This document shows, one piece after another, positions 8,216 through 19,449 of a stretch of 64,000 nucleotides of DNA. The DNA comes from an uncultured Actinomycetota bacterium (GTDB taxonomy: Bacteria > Actinomycetota > Actinomycetes > JAFAQI01), in contig CAVYQE010000006.1 of assembly GCA_963770565.1 (NCBI GenBank), positions 64,001 to 128,000 of the forward strand, given 5' to 3'. The position numbers and the translations under genes are program-made. The notes under the pieces were generated by a model. The model saw nothing but the letters and a program-made list of their open reading frames with translations, made no database searches and was not told the DNA's origin. Each line of letters opens with the position of its first letter. Positions within the stretch are counted from its first letter, which is position 1.

Positions 8216-11070
8216 TCATCGGCTCAGGCCCTCTCGGGCCGGTGGATCGCGCTGCCAGCGCGGCTGCTGGTCGATCGCGAGTTGCTGTTCGCTGGTCCGG
8301 GTCAGCCGTTGCGCGAGGTCCGCGGTGATCCCGCGCTGCCGCAGGTGATGGCTGGGGATGGGACTGAGCGGGTCGTCGGAGAGCGCATCGGTGAGGGTGT
8401 CGATGCCGGTGTGGTGGATCTCGGTGCGGTGCCGGGCTCGGGACAGCGCGACGTAGCCGGCGTTGCGGTCGCCGATGCCGGTGGCGTCGACGAGCACGAA
8501 GTCGACAGTGAGGCCTTGGGCCTTGTGGATCGTGATGGCATACGCGCCGACCAGGCGGTCGTTGGCCCAGTCGGCGGGGACGGTCACGGCCTGGCCGTCG
8601 AGGTCGAGACCGACCCGGTCGGACCGGACGTGGGCGATGGTCGCGCGTTGCCCATTGAGCAGGCCGCGTTGATGGTCGTTGCGGGTGATCATGACGAGCT
8701 CGCCGACCGCATAGGTGTTGTCACCGGCGTTCTGGTCCGGTCCGATCGCGCCGGCATGTTGGAGCTGGTGGCGGATCGCCTGGTTGAGTCGCGCGGCGCC
8801 GCTGCGGGTGGCGGTGAGCGCGACGACCTCACCCGGTGCGACGCCTGAATGGACGGCGTCGAGGTACTGGCTCGCGATCGTGGCGGTGAGCGTGTCGGTG
8901 TCCGCGTGTGGGTGGAGCCGGTCGTGCCGCTGGTAGAGGCCGAGCGCGCGGGGGATGTCTCCGGCGCGCAGCGTGGTGAGGGCAGCGCGTTCCCAGCCGT
9001 GGCGTTGCCGGTGGTTGTCGGTGAGCTCGACGCGGAGGTGCTGGCGGGAGAGTCGGGCGAACATCCCGCCGGCGTCGATTTCGGTCAGCTGGGCGCGGTC
9101 CCCGACCGGGATGATCTTCCCGCTGACGGCGGTGACGGCGGTCAGCAGCCGGTGGTAGTCGCGGGTGCCGACCATCCCGGCCTCGTCGATCACGAGTACG
9201 CACCGGTTTGGGAGTGGGTGACCGGCGCGGAGCCGGCTGGTGAGCCGGGCGATGGAGGTGGAGGGGATTGCGGTGGCGTGTTCGAGCCGCCGCGCGGTGA
9301 CCGCCGCGACGCACGCGCCGAGCAACGGCACCCCAAGCGATCGGTAGTGCTCATGCAGTGCGGTGAGCATCGCGGTCTTTCCCGCACCGGCCGGTCCGAG
9401 CACCACGTCGACGGTCGCGGGTGACGCGGTGATCAGCTGGACCGCGAGCCTCTGCCGGGTGGACAGCCCCGGCGGCACACTGGGGTCGGCGACCGGCACC
9501 GCGGAGGTGGTCGCGGCGAGTTGCAGGGTCGCGAGTTCGGTGGTGGCGAGCTCGACCGTGGTCCAGCGCCGCTCCTCTTCTCCAGCGAGCACGGCAGGAC
9601 CCGCCGGTCAGTGAGAACGCGGTCGACCGTGTTCTCGACCTGCTGATGGTCGACAGGGGTGCCAGCGGGCAGCGCTTCGAGGAGTGCTTGGGTGAACTCG
9701 CGGCGATCGACGCTGGACCGGAGCGCGGTGACCCCGTCGGGTGCGAGCAGCTCGTCAGTGACCCGCGCCAAGGTGGTCGAGTCCAGCGGTGCGGCGTGCT
9801 CACGGTGCAGGACGGCGCGGATCATCCGGGCCGGCGCCGGGACGTGACGGATCGCGCGTTCCCACCAGCCTGCGGTCAGCTCGGTCACGGTCCGTCCGGA
9901 CTTCGCCGGCCGCGTCACGAGGCACGCGACCTGCGCGGCGGCGACCCCGTGCCCGCCGGTCGCCTCAAGGTGCGCGTCAATCTGTCGACGACGGGTGGAG
10001 AACTCGCGACGCAGCGGCTCGTGGAAGCCAATGATCTCCGCTGTCCCGTTACGCACTGGTCCCCACCCGACTCCGAGCCGGCCGGTCAGCTGACCGCGGA
10101 GGACGGCTTGGTACAGATAGCCGGCGGTGCGCTGGTGGCGGAACAACGCGCGGGTGTCCAACGCCGACCATTTGCCGTCCTGGCCGTGGGTGAGGTTCGC
10201 GATGACGAGATGGGTGTGGATCTGCGGGTCATCCGCGCGGGAGGTCAGATGCTCGAACCCGGCGACGATCAGCCCGTCGGTCCCGACATGCGCGGCCCGG
10301 TGCCCATCACCCTGATGCCCGCGTAGCGCATGCGCGGCGTACCGCTCGAGATGCTTCACGGCTTCGGTGACCGCGGCCCGGTGCGCCGCCAGCACCTGCT
10401 CCGACACTTCCGGGTCGCCGAAAGCCCACAGCAACGACACGGTCTTCGGCGCGGAGATCGCCCCGTCGGCTCCCGCCCGCCGGACGTCCACTTTCACTTC
10501 GGACTGGGCGTGCGCGATCGCGACCCGCCCGGGTCCGTAGAGCCGATCGAGGTCGACTCCTGCGCTGGTCGCGACCTTCTGCAGTGGGTCGAGCTTCGCG
10601 ACCGTGGTCGGGTCAGCGGCCAACCGCATCGAAAGCCGGGACAGTTCCGCCCGGGCCTTCGGGTCGGTCACGAGATCATCGACCGGGAGCCCACGTTCGG
10701 CGGCCACAGAGTGGACCGCGTCAAGGATGGGCCCGATCGGTAGCTGGCTGTCTGGGTGCGGCCGCCACACCGGCCCGGCTACCGGAGTTCCGTCGGGGAG
10801 TTGACCGGACAGCAGTCGGGACAGCACCTCGACCTGCCCTGGCAGGATCGGACCCGTGAGACCGAGTGCCGCTGCTCCCTTGCCGGCCCATTGGCCGAGC
10901 ACCCGGCCGTGCTCGTTGTAGTAGTCCACGGCACGACCCGCACCGTCCGCCCGGTTGAACGCGGTCGGGTCGGGTGACGCCGGGTCGTGGCTGCGGGCGC
11001 AGTCCGCGCCGTGCTCGACGTAGTAGCGGATCGCGGCCCGCGCGGAGGCGAACGTTTTGAACCTCAACAC
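8216..11070 (-). CDS. mobF: MobF (TrwC-type) relaxase fused to a RecD-like SF1 helicase, with a frameshift near 9590
   Basis: N-terminal YY..YY; ISAPKTVSLLWA; HUH motif FEHLTSRADDPQIHTHLVI; FSTRRRQI; helicase GPAGAGKT, VIDEAGMV, GDRAQL, AYAITIHKAQGLT, YVALSRAR. Confidence 0.88.
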
Positions 11071-11139
11071 GACCCGTCACCGCCCCCCGACCGCAGGCAG
11101 AACGGAGCCGGAACAGGGGTGAGATCGGTGCGCATGGCG

Positions 11140-11330
11140 GCACTGTGACCGGTCACCGTCCCCTCGAACGTACCCAAACGTCACCCGTGACAGCAGAAAG
11201 TATCGACGAGTTTTCGGGACCGGCTGACGGCCGCGACATGGCACGAAACGACACCCGCGGTCACGGGGCGACACCCACGGACACCCGTGGCTACTGCCCC
11301 ACTCGTCACCCCGTGACGTTTGGGGACGCT
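11140..11330. promoter_or_regulatory. Putative oriT / relaxosome binding region
   Basis: Non-coding gap upstream of the relaxase with 12-bp inverted repeat CCCAAACGTCAC (11173) / GTGACGTTTGGG (11313), GTCAC-n-GTGAC palindromes and three GACACCC direct repeats; nick site not identified. Confidence 0.5.
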
Positions 11331-11362
11331 CACCGGTACTTCGAGGTCTACCGTCGGCGGGT

Positions 11363-11698
11363 ATGAACAGAGTGTTCGCCCGGACCTGTGACTACTGCGG
11401 CGGCCCGATTCCTGATGACCAGCCGCCCCAGGCCAAGTACTGCCGTCGTTCGCACCGCCAACGCGCCTTCGAGGTCCGCGACGCCGCGAAGGTCAAGACC
11501 CTCAAACGCCGGGTGACCGCGCTCCGCAAACAAGTCGCCGGCTACGACGCTGCGCTGCTCGCCCTCGCCCAGCACCCGAAGTACGGCGCCGAGATCCGCG
11601 ACGCACTGCTCAAGGCCTACGTGCCGCTGCGCGACGAACCCGGGTGGGAACAACGCGCCTGGCGGCTCACCGTCGACCCACAGGTCGGCCGAGCCTGA
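11363..11698 (+). CDS. Small putative zinc-finger / coiled-coil protein
   Basis: CDYCGGPIP..AKYCRRSHRQRAF followed by a basic helical region; divergent from the relaxase. Confidence 0.6.
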   Translation: MNRVFARTCDYCGGPIPDDQPPQAKYCRRSHRQRAFEVRDAAKVKTLKRRVTALRKQVAGYDAALLALAQHPKYGAEIRDALLKAYVPLRDEPGWEQRAWRLTVDPQVGRA

Positions 11699-12435
11699 AC
11701 AGCCAGGCCGCCAGACGGCGGATCAGAGTTCACGCCCATCGCCGCCAGAACCGGCACAGGCCAGCCCACCCTGCCAGATCGGCACGCCCCTCGCCATGGC
11801 CTGCCCGACCCTGTGCCGACGCCGTTCAACATCACCGCACCACCGACTCGACCAAGATCAACAACTCTCTGGACACACAGGTATCGAGATACGACTGCCC
11901 GCCTGGTACCGATCTTCAACGGTCCGTTGAGTCGCATGTCGTGGCTAGCCTCGACCCGACGAATCGAGGTCAGATGCCAAGTCCTGCAGTAACCGGCGCG
12001 GTGGCCGGAGCTATCGCTGGCTCGGTGGCGACCGCGGTTTTGAGTGCGAGCGGTAGCGCAGTTTCTCGCGTTGTGAATGCGCTACACAGCAGGCTCACGG
12101 CGAACAATCTCGGTGCACTCAACGCGGGCTGGTACTACCAAGACGATCTTGGCAATCGTCACGAGGTCATTGCGGTCGCGCGCTGCGTTCCGGCAAAGAG
12201 GCTTGCGCCCCAGGAACTCATCCAGAAACGGCGTGTCGCTGGATCGCAGCTCTGGTTCTCCGACGAAGTCAACGAGGCTCCCGAATACTCCGGCGCTGAA
12301 ATGGTGCGGTTTGCAGGTCGATCGTCGGAGGCTCGACTGCTCTTCCACCCGAGCGGACTCATCGAATTCGCACTGCTGTCAACGCCGCTCGAAAATTGAC
12401 CCCCTAGCGCCGGTTGAAAATTGACCCCCTGATGG

Positions 12436-13240
12436 TCATTCTTCGGTTTGTGCTGGCTGCGGGGACGCGGCCGAGGTCTCGGTCTTTGAGTCGGTAGCTG
12501 TCTCCTTTCAGGGCGATGACTTCGGCGTGGTGGACGAGCCGGTCGATCATGGCGGCGGCGACGACGTCGTCACCGAAGACTTCACCCCAGCGGCCGAACG
12601 GCTTGTTGCTGGTGACGATCAGCGAGGCGCGTTCGTAGCGGATGGAGACGAGTTGGAAGAACAGGTTCGCGGCTTCGGGTTCGAAGGGGATGTAGCCGAC
12701 TTCGTCGATGACGAGCAGCGGGTAGCGGCCGAGCCGGATCGAGTTCGGTTTGGAGCCGGCCGGCGGGGTGGGCGTCGGCGAGGCGGGCGACCCATTCGGC
12801 GGCGGTCGCGAACAGGACCCGGTGCCCGGCTTGGCAGGCGCGGATCGCGAGGCCGATCGCGAGGTGGGTTTTGCCGGTGCCGGGCGGTCCGAGGAACACG
12901 ACGTTGTCTTTGGCGGTGACGAAGTCCAGGGTGCCCGAGGTGCGCGATCGTGTCCCGTTTGAGTGCGCGGGCGTGGTCGAAGTCGAACTCCTCCAACGAC
13001 TTGCGTGCGGGGAACCGGGCGGCGCGGATCCGGCCTTCACCGCCGTGGGACTCACGGGCGGAGACCTCACGTTGCAGGCAGGCGACGAGGAACTCCTCAT
13101 GGGTCCAGGTCTCGGCCCGGGCGCGTTCGGCGAGGCGGTCGACGGACTCGCGCAGCGTCGGTGCTTTCAACGCTCGGGTCAGGAACGCGATCTCCGCGCG
13201 GTGTCGCGGCTGGCGGTCGATGGTCTTCGCGGTCGGCCAT
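12436..13240 (-). CDS. istB: IS21 helper ATPase IstB (frameshifted)
   Basis: LKAPTLRE..ARFPARKSLEEFDF; Walker A GPPGTGKTHLA; AMIDRLVHH. Confidence 0.88.
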
Positions 13241-14486
13241 CACGCGACCGTTCCGTCGATCGAGACCGAGAGCGGTGTCGTAGTCGGCTGAGGCAGCGGA
13301 TCTCGACGTCGGTGTCGCCCGGCCGGGCGGACCAGCCCGATCCGTTCCCGGCGCAGCAGCTTCGCGGCGGCGACATGCTCGGGGTCGGAGATCGTCTGAT
13401 GCTTGGCCCAGACCCGTTCATGGTCCGCGACGGCCTGTGCCCTCGCAGAGCACCCGGACTCGTGCAGGTCCGCGATCGACCTCGATCCGGCGCCCGATCA
13501 CCGCCGGGTGCACCGAGTAGTCGTTGGAGTCCAACCGGACGTAGTGGTCACGTGCCAGCCGGGTCGATGACCGCCAGCCGGTCGCCGGTGGCGACCGGCG
13601 GCAGGCGATCATCGCTGCCCGGTCGGCGGCGATCCGGTCGGTCGGGGCGCAGCCCAGCACCCGGCGCTGCCGGGGGTTGACCAGCGAGAGCCAGTCACCG
13701 AGCTGAACGTTGAAGTCCGCCGGCGAGGTGAACGACCGGCCGGGCAGGAACGACGTCTCCAGATAGCCGTTCGCCCGCTCGACCAGACCCTTGGCCTCCG
13801 GGTCAGCCGGCTTGCAGACATAGACCTGCGTGGCGAGCGTCCCGCGGAACGCCTGACACTCCACGGTCAGCAGCGAGGTCGTTGCGGCGATGCCGGCCGA
13901 CCGCGCCCTCACCGTCCCAGACCAGCAGCCGCGGGCACCCCACCCAGACCGTTGATCAGCTGCCACCAGCCGGCGAACAGATCCTCCGCCGACCGGGACG
14001 GGATCAGCAACGCTGAGAGCCACCGCGAGTAGCCGCGTGACCATCGTCAGCACCGGCAGCTGCTTGGCGGTGCGGGTCTGCCCGAACCCGACCGGCAGCT
14101 CGATCTCCGGGAACCAGAAGTCGCACTGCGCCAGCTCACCAGGCGCATAACTCGTCCGGCTCGCCGGGTCCGGCGGCAGATAGACCGGCCGCAGCTCCGC
14201 GACCCGGTCCTTCAACACCGTGATCCCACGGTCCCAGCCGATCCGCTCCGCGATCACCGTCGCCGGCATCGTCGGGAACGCCCGCAACAACTCCCGGATC
14301 GCCGGCTCGACCGGATCCACGATCGACCCCGCCGGCGGCCGCCGATACCCCGGCGGACCGTCGCTGGCCAACGCCGCCCGCACCGTGTTCCTCGAGATCC
14401 CCATCACCCGCGCGATCACCTTGATCGGCATGCCCTTCTGCTCGATGCAGCCGACGGATCTCCGCCCAGTCCTCCACGCTCAACAC
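13240..14486 (-). CDS. istA: IS21 transposase IstA (frameshifted)
   Basis: MLSVEDWAEIRRLH; HTH IARVMGISRNTVR; AQCDFWF; DPEAKGLVERANGYLETSFLPGR; HYVRLDSNDYSV. Confidence 0.88.
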
Positions 14487-14999
14487 CCCTTCGTCCTCCC
14501 GGCTCGGTTAGAGCCAGGCTGTTGCGAAGGGGGTCAATTTTCAGGCGGCGACACGGGGTCAGTTTTCACGCGACGGCGACAACTGCCGATCGAGATGGAC
14601 GAGACTGTGGAAGGTGCCGCTGACATTTCCGCAGAGGGAGTTGTCATGCCCCTGTCGATCTTGTGCTCGGCGGTTCAGGACGGACTGCATTGTTCCTTGT
14701 ACCCAGGACGCGGAGCCGCACGACGTCGTCTGACCTGGCAGTTGAAGGTGTCAGCGAGCTTCTCAACGGACGAGGGCTCGCGCGAGTGGACAGGCGTTTC
14801 CTCTCGCAGCGGCACACTGAGTCGGATCGCGGGATCGAGAACGATGACCGACTTCGCATGGTTCGAGAGAACGTGAGGCAAACGACGTCACCCGAGAGGG
14901 TGGTCACCGACCTGCTTGCTCAGTTCCTTGGGCGGCGCGGCTACCGCCAGGTCGAGGCGTTCGTGGCCGAGGTCGTCGCCAATGCCGCAGTCGCCGTGA

Positions 15000-15796
15000 A
15001 CGACGACCGGCCCCGGGTCAGTTCTGCAGGTCGTTGATTCGGGAGAAGAGCTCCTCGGGGGTGCGGCCAGGCAACGATCGGGTCTTGTTGGTGTATTTGA
15101 CCGTCGCGCAAATGGATGACCCGGTCGGCGCGAGAGGCGACTGCAGGGTCGTGTGTCGCCACCACGACGGTCATCCCGCGCTCGGTTCGTAGTGGAGCGA
15201 TGAGCGCGAGGATCTCCTCGCCGGTGGTTGAGCTCGAGGTTGCCCGTCGGCTCGTCGGCGAGGAGCAGCCTTGGACGATTCATGAGCGCCCGAGCGATCG
15301 CCACTCGTTGCTGCTGGCCTCCAGAGAGCTCGGATGGCAGAGAGTGGCCTCGTGCCTCAAGCCCGACGGCGGTGAGTAGTTGCGCTGCCCGCTCGCTCTT
15401 GTCGAAATCCGTGCGCTTTGGCAGAACAGGCGCGATCACGTTGTCGATCACGGTGAGCGCAGGCAACAGATTGAATCGCTGAAACACGAATCCAACCCGT
15501 CGCCGGTGGGCGATCAGTTCGCTCTGTCGCGCCGTGGCGAGATCGAAGTTGTCGATCAGAACGGTTGTTGGCGTCGGGGCGGTCGAGCGCGCCCAGAAAG
15601 GTGCAACAGTGTGGACTTGCCGGACCCGGACGGGCCGGTCAACGCGACCATACTCCCGGCAGGGATCTCCAGGCTTACGCCATCGAGCGCAACGACGCGG
15701 TTGGTCCGCTCCGGTAGGTGCGGATGACGTGATCCACGACCACTCGCGAGCCAGCTGACTCGCCTGGATTCCGGATGGGGTCGCGCTGAGATTCAC
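15000..15796 (-). pseudogene. LolD/MacB-type ABC transporter ATP-binding protein (several frameshifts; ends approximate)
   Basis: Walker [10 protein letters not shown] in a shifted frame; [10 protein letters not shown]; [15 protein letters not shown]; ADEPTGNL; [19 protein letters not shown]. Confidence 0.8.
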
Positions 15797-15898
15797 CGCG
15801 CATCTGCGCTCCTGGACGAGAGCATGCCGTGTGAATACATTCTCCAGCATGCAATCACGCGACAGCCGTGCTGCCGAAGCAACGACGAGGATGTGACG

Positions 15899-16430
15899 AT
15901 GGCGATACAGCACGCAGTTTTCTGCTGTTGCTCGACGATGGACCCACGTACGGATACGAGCTGAAGGTGAAGTTCGAAGCGGCGATCGGTCCGCAGTGGG
16001 GTCAGCTGAACATCGGGCACCTGTATCACACGCTTGATCGGCTCGCCCGCGACGGGGTTTCGTGACTTAGCAAAGTGGAGCCGGCTGGGATCCCGGCCCG
16101 ACAGACGGGTGTATTCCCTCACACCGGCGGGTCGCCGCGGGGTGCAGGCTTGGCTAGCCGAGCCGGCAGTTCGGACGGGTGGGTATCGCGACGAGCTGTT
16201 CTTCAGTGAGTTGCTGGGTGGCGTCCAGGTCGGGGCTCGACGCCCTCGCCGGCGTGGTGAACCGGCAGCGCTCCCATCACCTCGGTGAGTTGCGCACCCT
16301 GGCTGAACTGCGCGACGAGCACGCCGACGAACCCGTGATCCGTCATGGTTGATCGACGCCGCGCGCCTACACAACGCAGGCCGAACCTCAGGCTGGCTCG
16401 AAATTGCCGAAGGCCGACCAGACCGATCTC
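15899..16430 (+). pseudogene. PadR-family regulator (several frameshifts; end approximate)
   Basis: Fragments [33 protein letters not shown] and RPDRRVYSLTPAGR..WLAEP..RDELF in different frames. Confidence 0.75.
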
Positions 16431-16521
16431 ACCGCCGCCGCACATCGAGCGATTCCCCGCGGCTCTCGATCCCGCCGGGTCGCGAGTTGCCCTCTTCGCA
16501 AGTCCGGCTGAGCGAGTCCCG

Positions 16522-19263
16522 GTGCTTCGTTACATCTCTCTCATCGTTGCGGTTGCGTCGCGGCCGGGCCTCTTGGTGTTGGCATCGGGATTGCGGCTCG
16601 CGGTGGTCAGCTTCTCCGGGTCACCCCGCCGCCGACCGCGACGAGCAGGGTTCGGACCGTCGGCATCTTGCGCAACAACGCCCGCGCCGCCTACGACATC
16701 CTGGTCCGGCCGGCGGGGTCTCGAAGTGCGATCGAGCAACAGCGCGGGCTTGTGCAGGACAACTTCCAATCGGGGCTGTTCGGCGGGATCACGATGGCGC
16801 AGTACCACTCGATTCGCCGACTGCCCGGCGTGGAGGTCGCTGCGCCGGTCGCGAACCTCGGGTACATGCTCCTGGAGCAGAACGTGCCGATCGACATTCG
16901 TCGCTGGACGACGGTGGCACACGATACAGATCTTCAGGGTCGGCTTGACGTACCGGACCAACCACGGGCTGGAGAGCGCCCGCGATGCTCCCAGCTATGT
17001 GTACGTCACCGACCGACCTGTGGTGGCCGCCGACCACGACCATTACGAGGTACAGCCGAACCACCAGCGTCTCGCGGTGTGCGACGGGTTCAACGAGCAC
17101 CCGCCGGACCTCGAGAACAGCGCGTTTCAACGGGGATACCGCGAGGCGATGTTCTGCGATTCTCAGCGGAGGCGGTTCGTCGGCGCAGACGTCGACATCG
17201 GATTCCCTGTTCTTGTTGCCGCCATCGACCCACGCGAAGAGAACTGCCTGGTCGGCCTCGACTCCGCAACGGTGTCCGGGCTGCCCCTGCGTGAAGACGA
17301 CGGGCCGAGGTGTCCGAGACACGGCGACACCGACACGCCTACTGTCCCGGTGATCGCGACCAGCCGAAGCTTCCTCAGCGAGACCCTGCATGCCACCGTG
17401 TCGAGTCTTCGCCTGCCGGCATCGCCTGGCCTGCCGCACATTCTCACGACGGCGAAGGCCCGACGATTACTGCCATCACTGTCTGGGAGGCACGTCGGTA
17501 ACGTCAACATCAACCTTGCCCACGTCTTCGACGGCGCGCTCAACGACGTCTCGCTCTACTCCGACACCGAGGGCAACTACTGGTCGCTTAAGCCGGTCAC
17601 GTACGCGCCTGCCGCTGGCGGCGCACTTCGCGCACGCTCCGTCACGAATCCGCCAGGGGTGTGGAGCAGCACGGTGTACTCACAGTTCGGATTCGACCCC
17701 ACCACCCCGATCGAGAACAACGACACCCAGTTCCATCGAATCGTCGAACACGAAGCGACCAACGAGGAACCCACTGGCGCGGGCTGCCGCATCGTCGGTG
17801 GATTCGCACCCGACCTGCACCTCGTAGGTCGTTACGACCCGAGCCGTCTGCGCGGCTTCTCCTCGCTGTCGCAAGTCCCGCTGGAGTCCTACCGACCACC
17901 AACCGTGACCGGGGCCGATCCGTCGAGCATCGCCGCGCTGCACGGTCGAGCGATGTTGCCTGATGCGAACATCGCAGGCTACGTCGCTCAACCGCCGGGT
18001 TTGTTCACCACGTTGTCGTCGATCCGGACTTTCACCGCATCACGCGTCGGGCCTGACCCAGACGCGAAGGCTCCGATCAGTGTCATCCGCGTCCGAGTCG
18101 CCGGCGTCGCCGGCATCGACAAGGCATCCCGATCGCGGATCAACGACGTCGCGACCGCAATCCACAACCAGACCGGCCTCGACGTCGACATCACGTACGG
18201 CAGCTCACCAGCTCCCCAGACCATCGACCTGCCCGCGACCAAAGATGGTGAGCCGGCCCTGCAGGTGCGCGAGGGCTGGACCAAACTCGGCGTCGCCGTC
18301 GTGATCCTCAACGCCATCAATCGGAAGAGCGCAGCGCTATTCGCGCTGATTCTTGTGGTCTGTGGGCTGTCCGTCGCGAACGCCGCGTCCGCGGCTGCCC
18401 AGGCGCGGCGTCGCGAGCTCGCGACCTTGACCTGCCTGGGATGGTCGCCGCGGGAGCTGTTCGAGATCGTCCTTGGCGAACTTGTCGTAATTGGGCTGAT
18501 TGCTGGCGTGGTGGGCAGCCTGGCGGGCTGGGCACTGACCGTCGGACTCAACCTCTCGGTCGCCCCGCTCACGTTGCTCGTCGCCGTGCCTTTGGCCTTG
18601 GCCGTTGCTCTTGCCGCTGGAGGCCTACCCGCTTGGCGCGCTAGCCGAGCTACGCCTGCCGAAGCGGTCCGCGCGAATGTCGCGAAAGCCCGGCGCGCGT
18701 TTTCGCCGCGGCGCCTTCCCGGTATGGCGTTAGTCAACCTGCGGCGACGGCCCGCCCGCACCGCGCTCGCTACGGGCAGCCTTGTTCTTGGCATTGCCGC
18801 GCTGACGGTTCTGCTAGCCGTCACATTCGCGTTTCGCGGGTCAGCCAGCGGCAATCTGCTCGGCAACGACATCACCCTGCATGTCAAAGGCGTCGACTAC
18901 ATCGCTATCGGTGCAATGCTCGCGCTCGCTGCGACCGGCGTCGCCGACATGCTCTATCTCAATGTTCGGGAACGAGCGGGTGAGTTCGCGACGTTGCGCG
19001 CCACCGGGTGGAGCGACGCCTGGCAAAGCAGGCTGCTCGGCTACGAGGCAGGCATTGTCGGGCTCTCCGGCGGAGTCGTCGGCGCGATACTCGGCCTGCT
19101 CGCCGCCGCAGTGGTCACCACGGGAGGCAGCTTCCAACGGCTAGTGGTGATCACCGTGATTGCCGCCATTGTCGGTCTGGTTCTTGCCGGCCTCGCGTCG
19201 ATCATTCCTGGCCTCGCGCTGCGGCGCCTCCCCACGACGCAGCTACTAGCCGCCGACGAATGA
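16522..19263 (+). CDS. FtsX/MacB-type ABC transporter permease (5' part frameshifted)
   Basis: AYDILVRPAGSRS..GGITMAQY..IRRLPGVEVAAPVA in ORF 16668; two FtsX-like blocks RRRELATLTCLGW and ERAGEFATLRATGW, each with TM helices. Confidence 0.8.
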   Translation: MLRYISLIVAVASRPGLLVLASGLRLAVVSFSGSPRRRPRRAGFGPSASCATTPAPPTTSWSGRRGLEVRSSNSAGLCRTTSNRGCSAGSRWRSTTRFADCPAWRSLRRSRTSGTCSWSRTCRSTFVAGRRWHTIQIFRVGLTYRTNHGLESARDAPSYVYVTDRPVVAADHDHYEVQPNHQRLAVCDGFNEHPPDLENSAFQRGYREAMFCDSQRRRFVGADVDIGFPVLVAAIDPREENCLVGLDSATVSGLPLREDDGPRCPRHGDTDTPTVPVIATSRSFLSETLHATVSSLRLPASPGLPHILTTAKARRLLPSLSGRHVGNVNINLAHVFDGALNDVSLYSDTEGNYWSLKPVTYAPAAGGALRARSVTNPPGVWSSTVYSQFGFDPTTPIENNDTQFHRIVEHEATNEEPTGAGCRIVGGFAPDLHLVGRYDPSRLRGFSSLSQVPLESYRPPTVTGADPSSIAALHGRAMLPDANIAGYVAQPPGLFTTLSSIRTFTASRVGPDPDAKAPISVIRVRVAGVAGIDKASRSRINDVATAIHNQTGLDVDITYGSSPAPQTIDLPATKDGEPALQVREGWTKLGVAVVILNAINRKSAALFALILVVCGLSVANAASAAAQARRRELATLTCLGWSPRELFEIVLGELVVIGLIAGVVGSLAGWALTVGLNLSVAPLTLLVAVPLALAVALAAGGLPAWRASRATPAEAVRANVAKARRAFSPRRLPGMALVNLRRRPARTALATGSLVLGIAALTVLLAVTFAFRGSASGNLLGNDITLHVKGVDYIAIGAMLALAATGVADMLYLNVRERAGEFATLRATGWSDAWQSRLLGYEAGIVGLSGGVVGAILGLLAAAVVTTGGSFQRLVVITVIAAIVGLVLAGLASIIPGLALRRLPTTQLLAADE

Positions 19264-19315
19264 GTCCGTGGAGCCTGTGGCCTGGGGGGTGACTGAAGGC
19301 CCAGGTCAAGATCAA

Positions 19316-19337
19316 CGTGCAACCCGCGTGCAATAGC
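19316..19337. promoter_or_regulatory. Probable integrase arm-type sites, right end
   Basis: CGTGCAAC (19316) and CGTGCAATAGC (19327), matching the left-end motif. Confidence 0.55.
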
Positions 19338-19449
19338 GGGCGGTACGACACGGCGAGACACGGTGTCCAGCGGGCGGCTCACCGGCAACGTGCGCGAGGG
19401 TCATGTTGGCGGCAAAGCCGTTCCGACCTGCGGAAACGCCGAAAGTTGG

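Larger units (their letters stand above)
12377..14581 (-). mobile_element. IS21-family insertion sequence (2205 bp) with a 5-bp target-site duplication
   Basis: Ends TGTCAACG.. and ..GGCGACA; internal GAAAATTGACCCC repeats; ACTGC duplicated at 12372-12376 and 14582-14586. Confidence 0.93.
11974..15037 (+). pseudogene. Hypothetical gene interrupted by IS21
   Basis: Removing the IS and one TSD copy restores the frame ..SGLIEFAL|PIEMDETVEG..; a further frameshift near 14800 leads into ..[18 protein letters not shown].. Confidence 0.6.

Noticed and set aside
9570-9610. Programmed frameshift between relaxase and helicase
   Set aside because: No obvious slippery sequence; MobF proteins are normally one frame and the region has many other indels
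5273-14581. Composite transposon formed by the IS21 remnant and the full IS21
   Set aside because: The remnant lacks its outer end and is diverged; the full IS has its own TSD, showing an independent insertion
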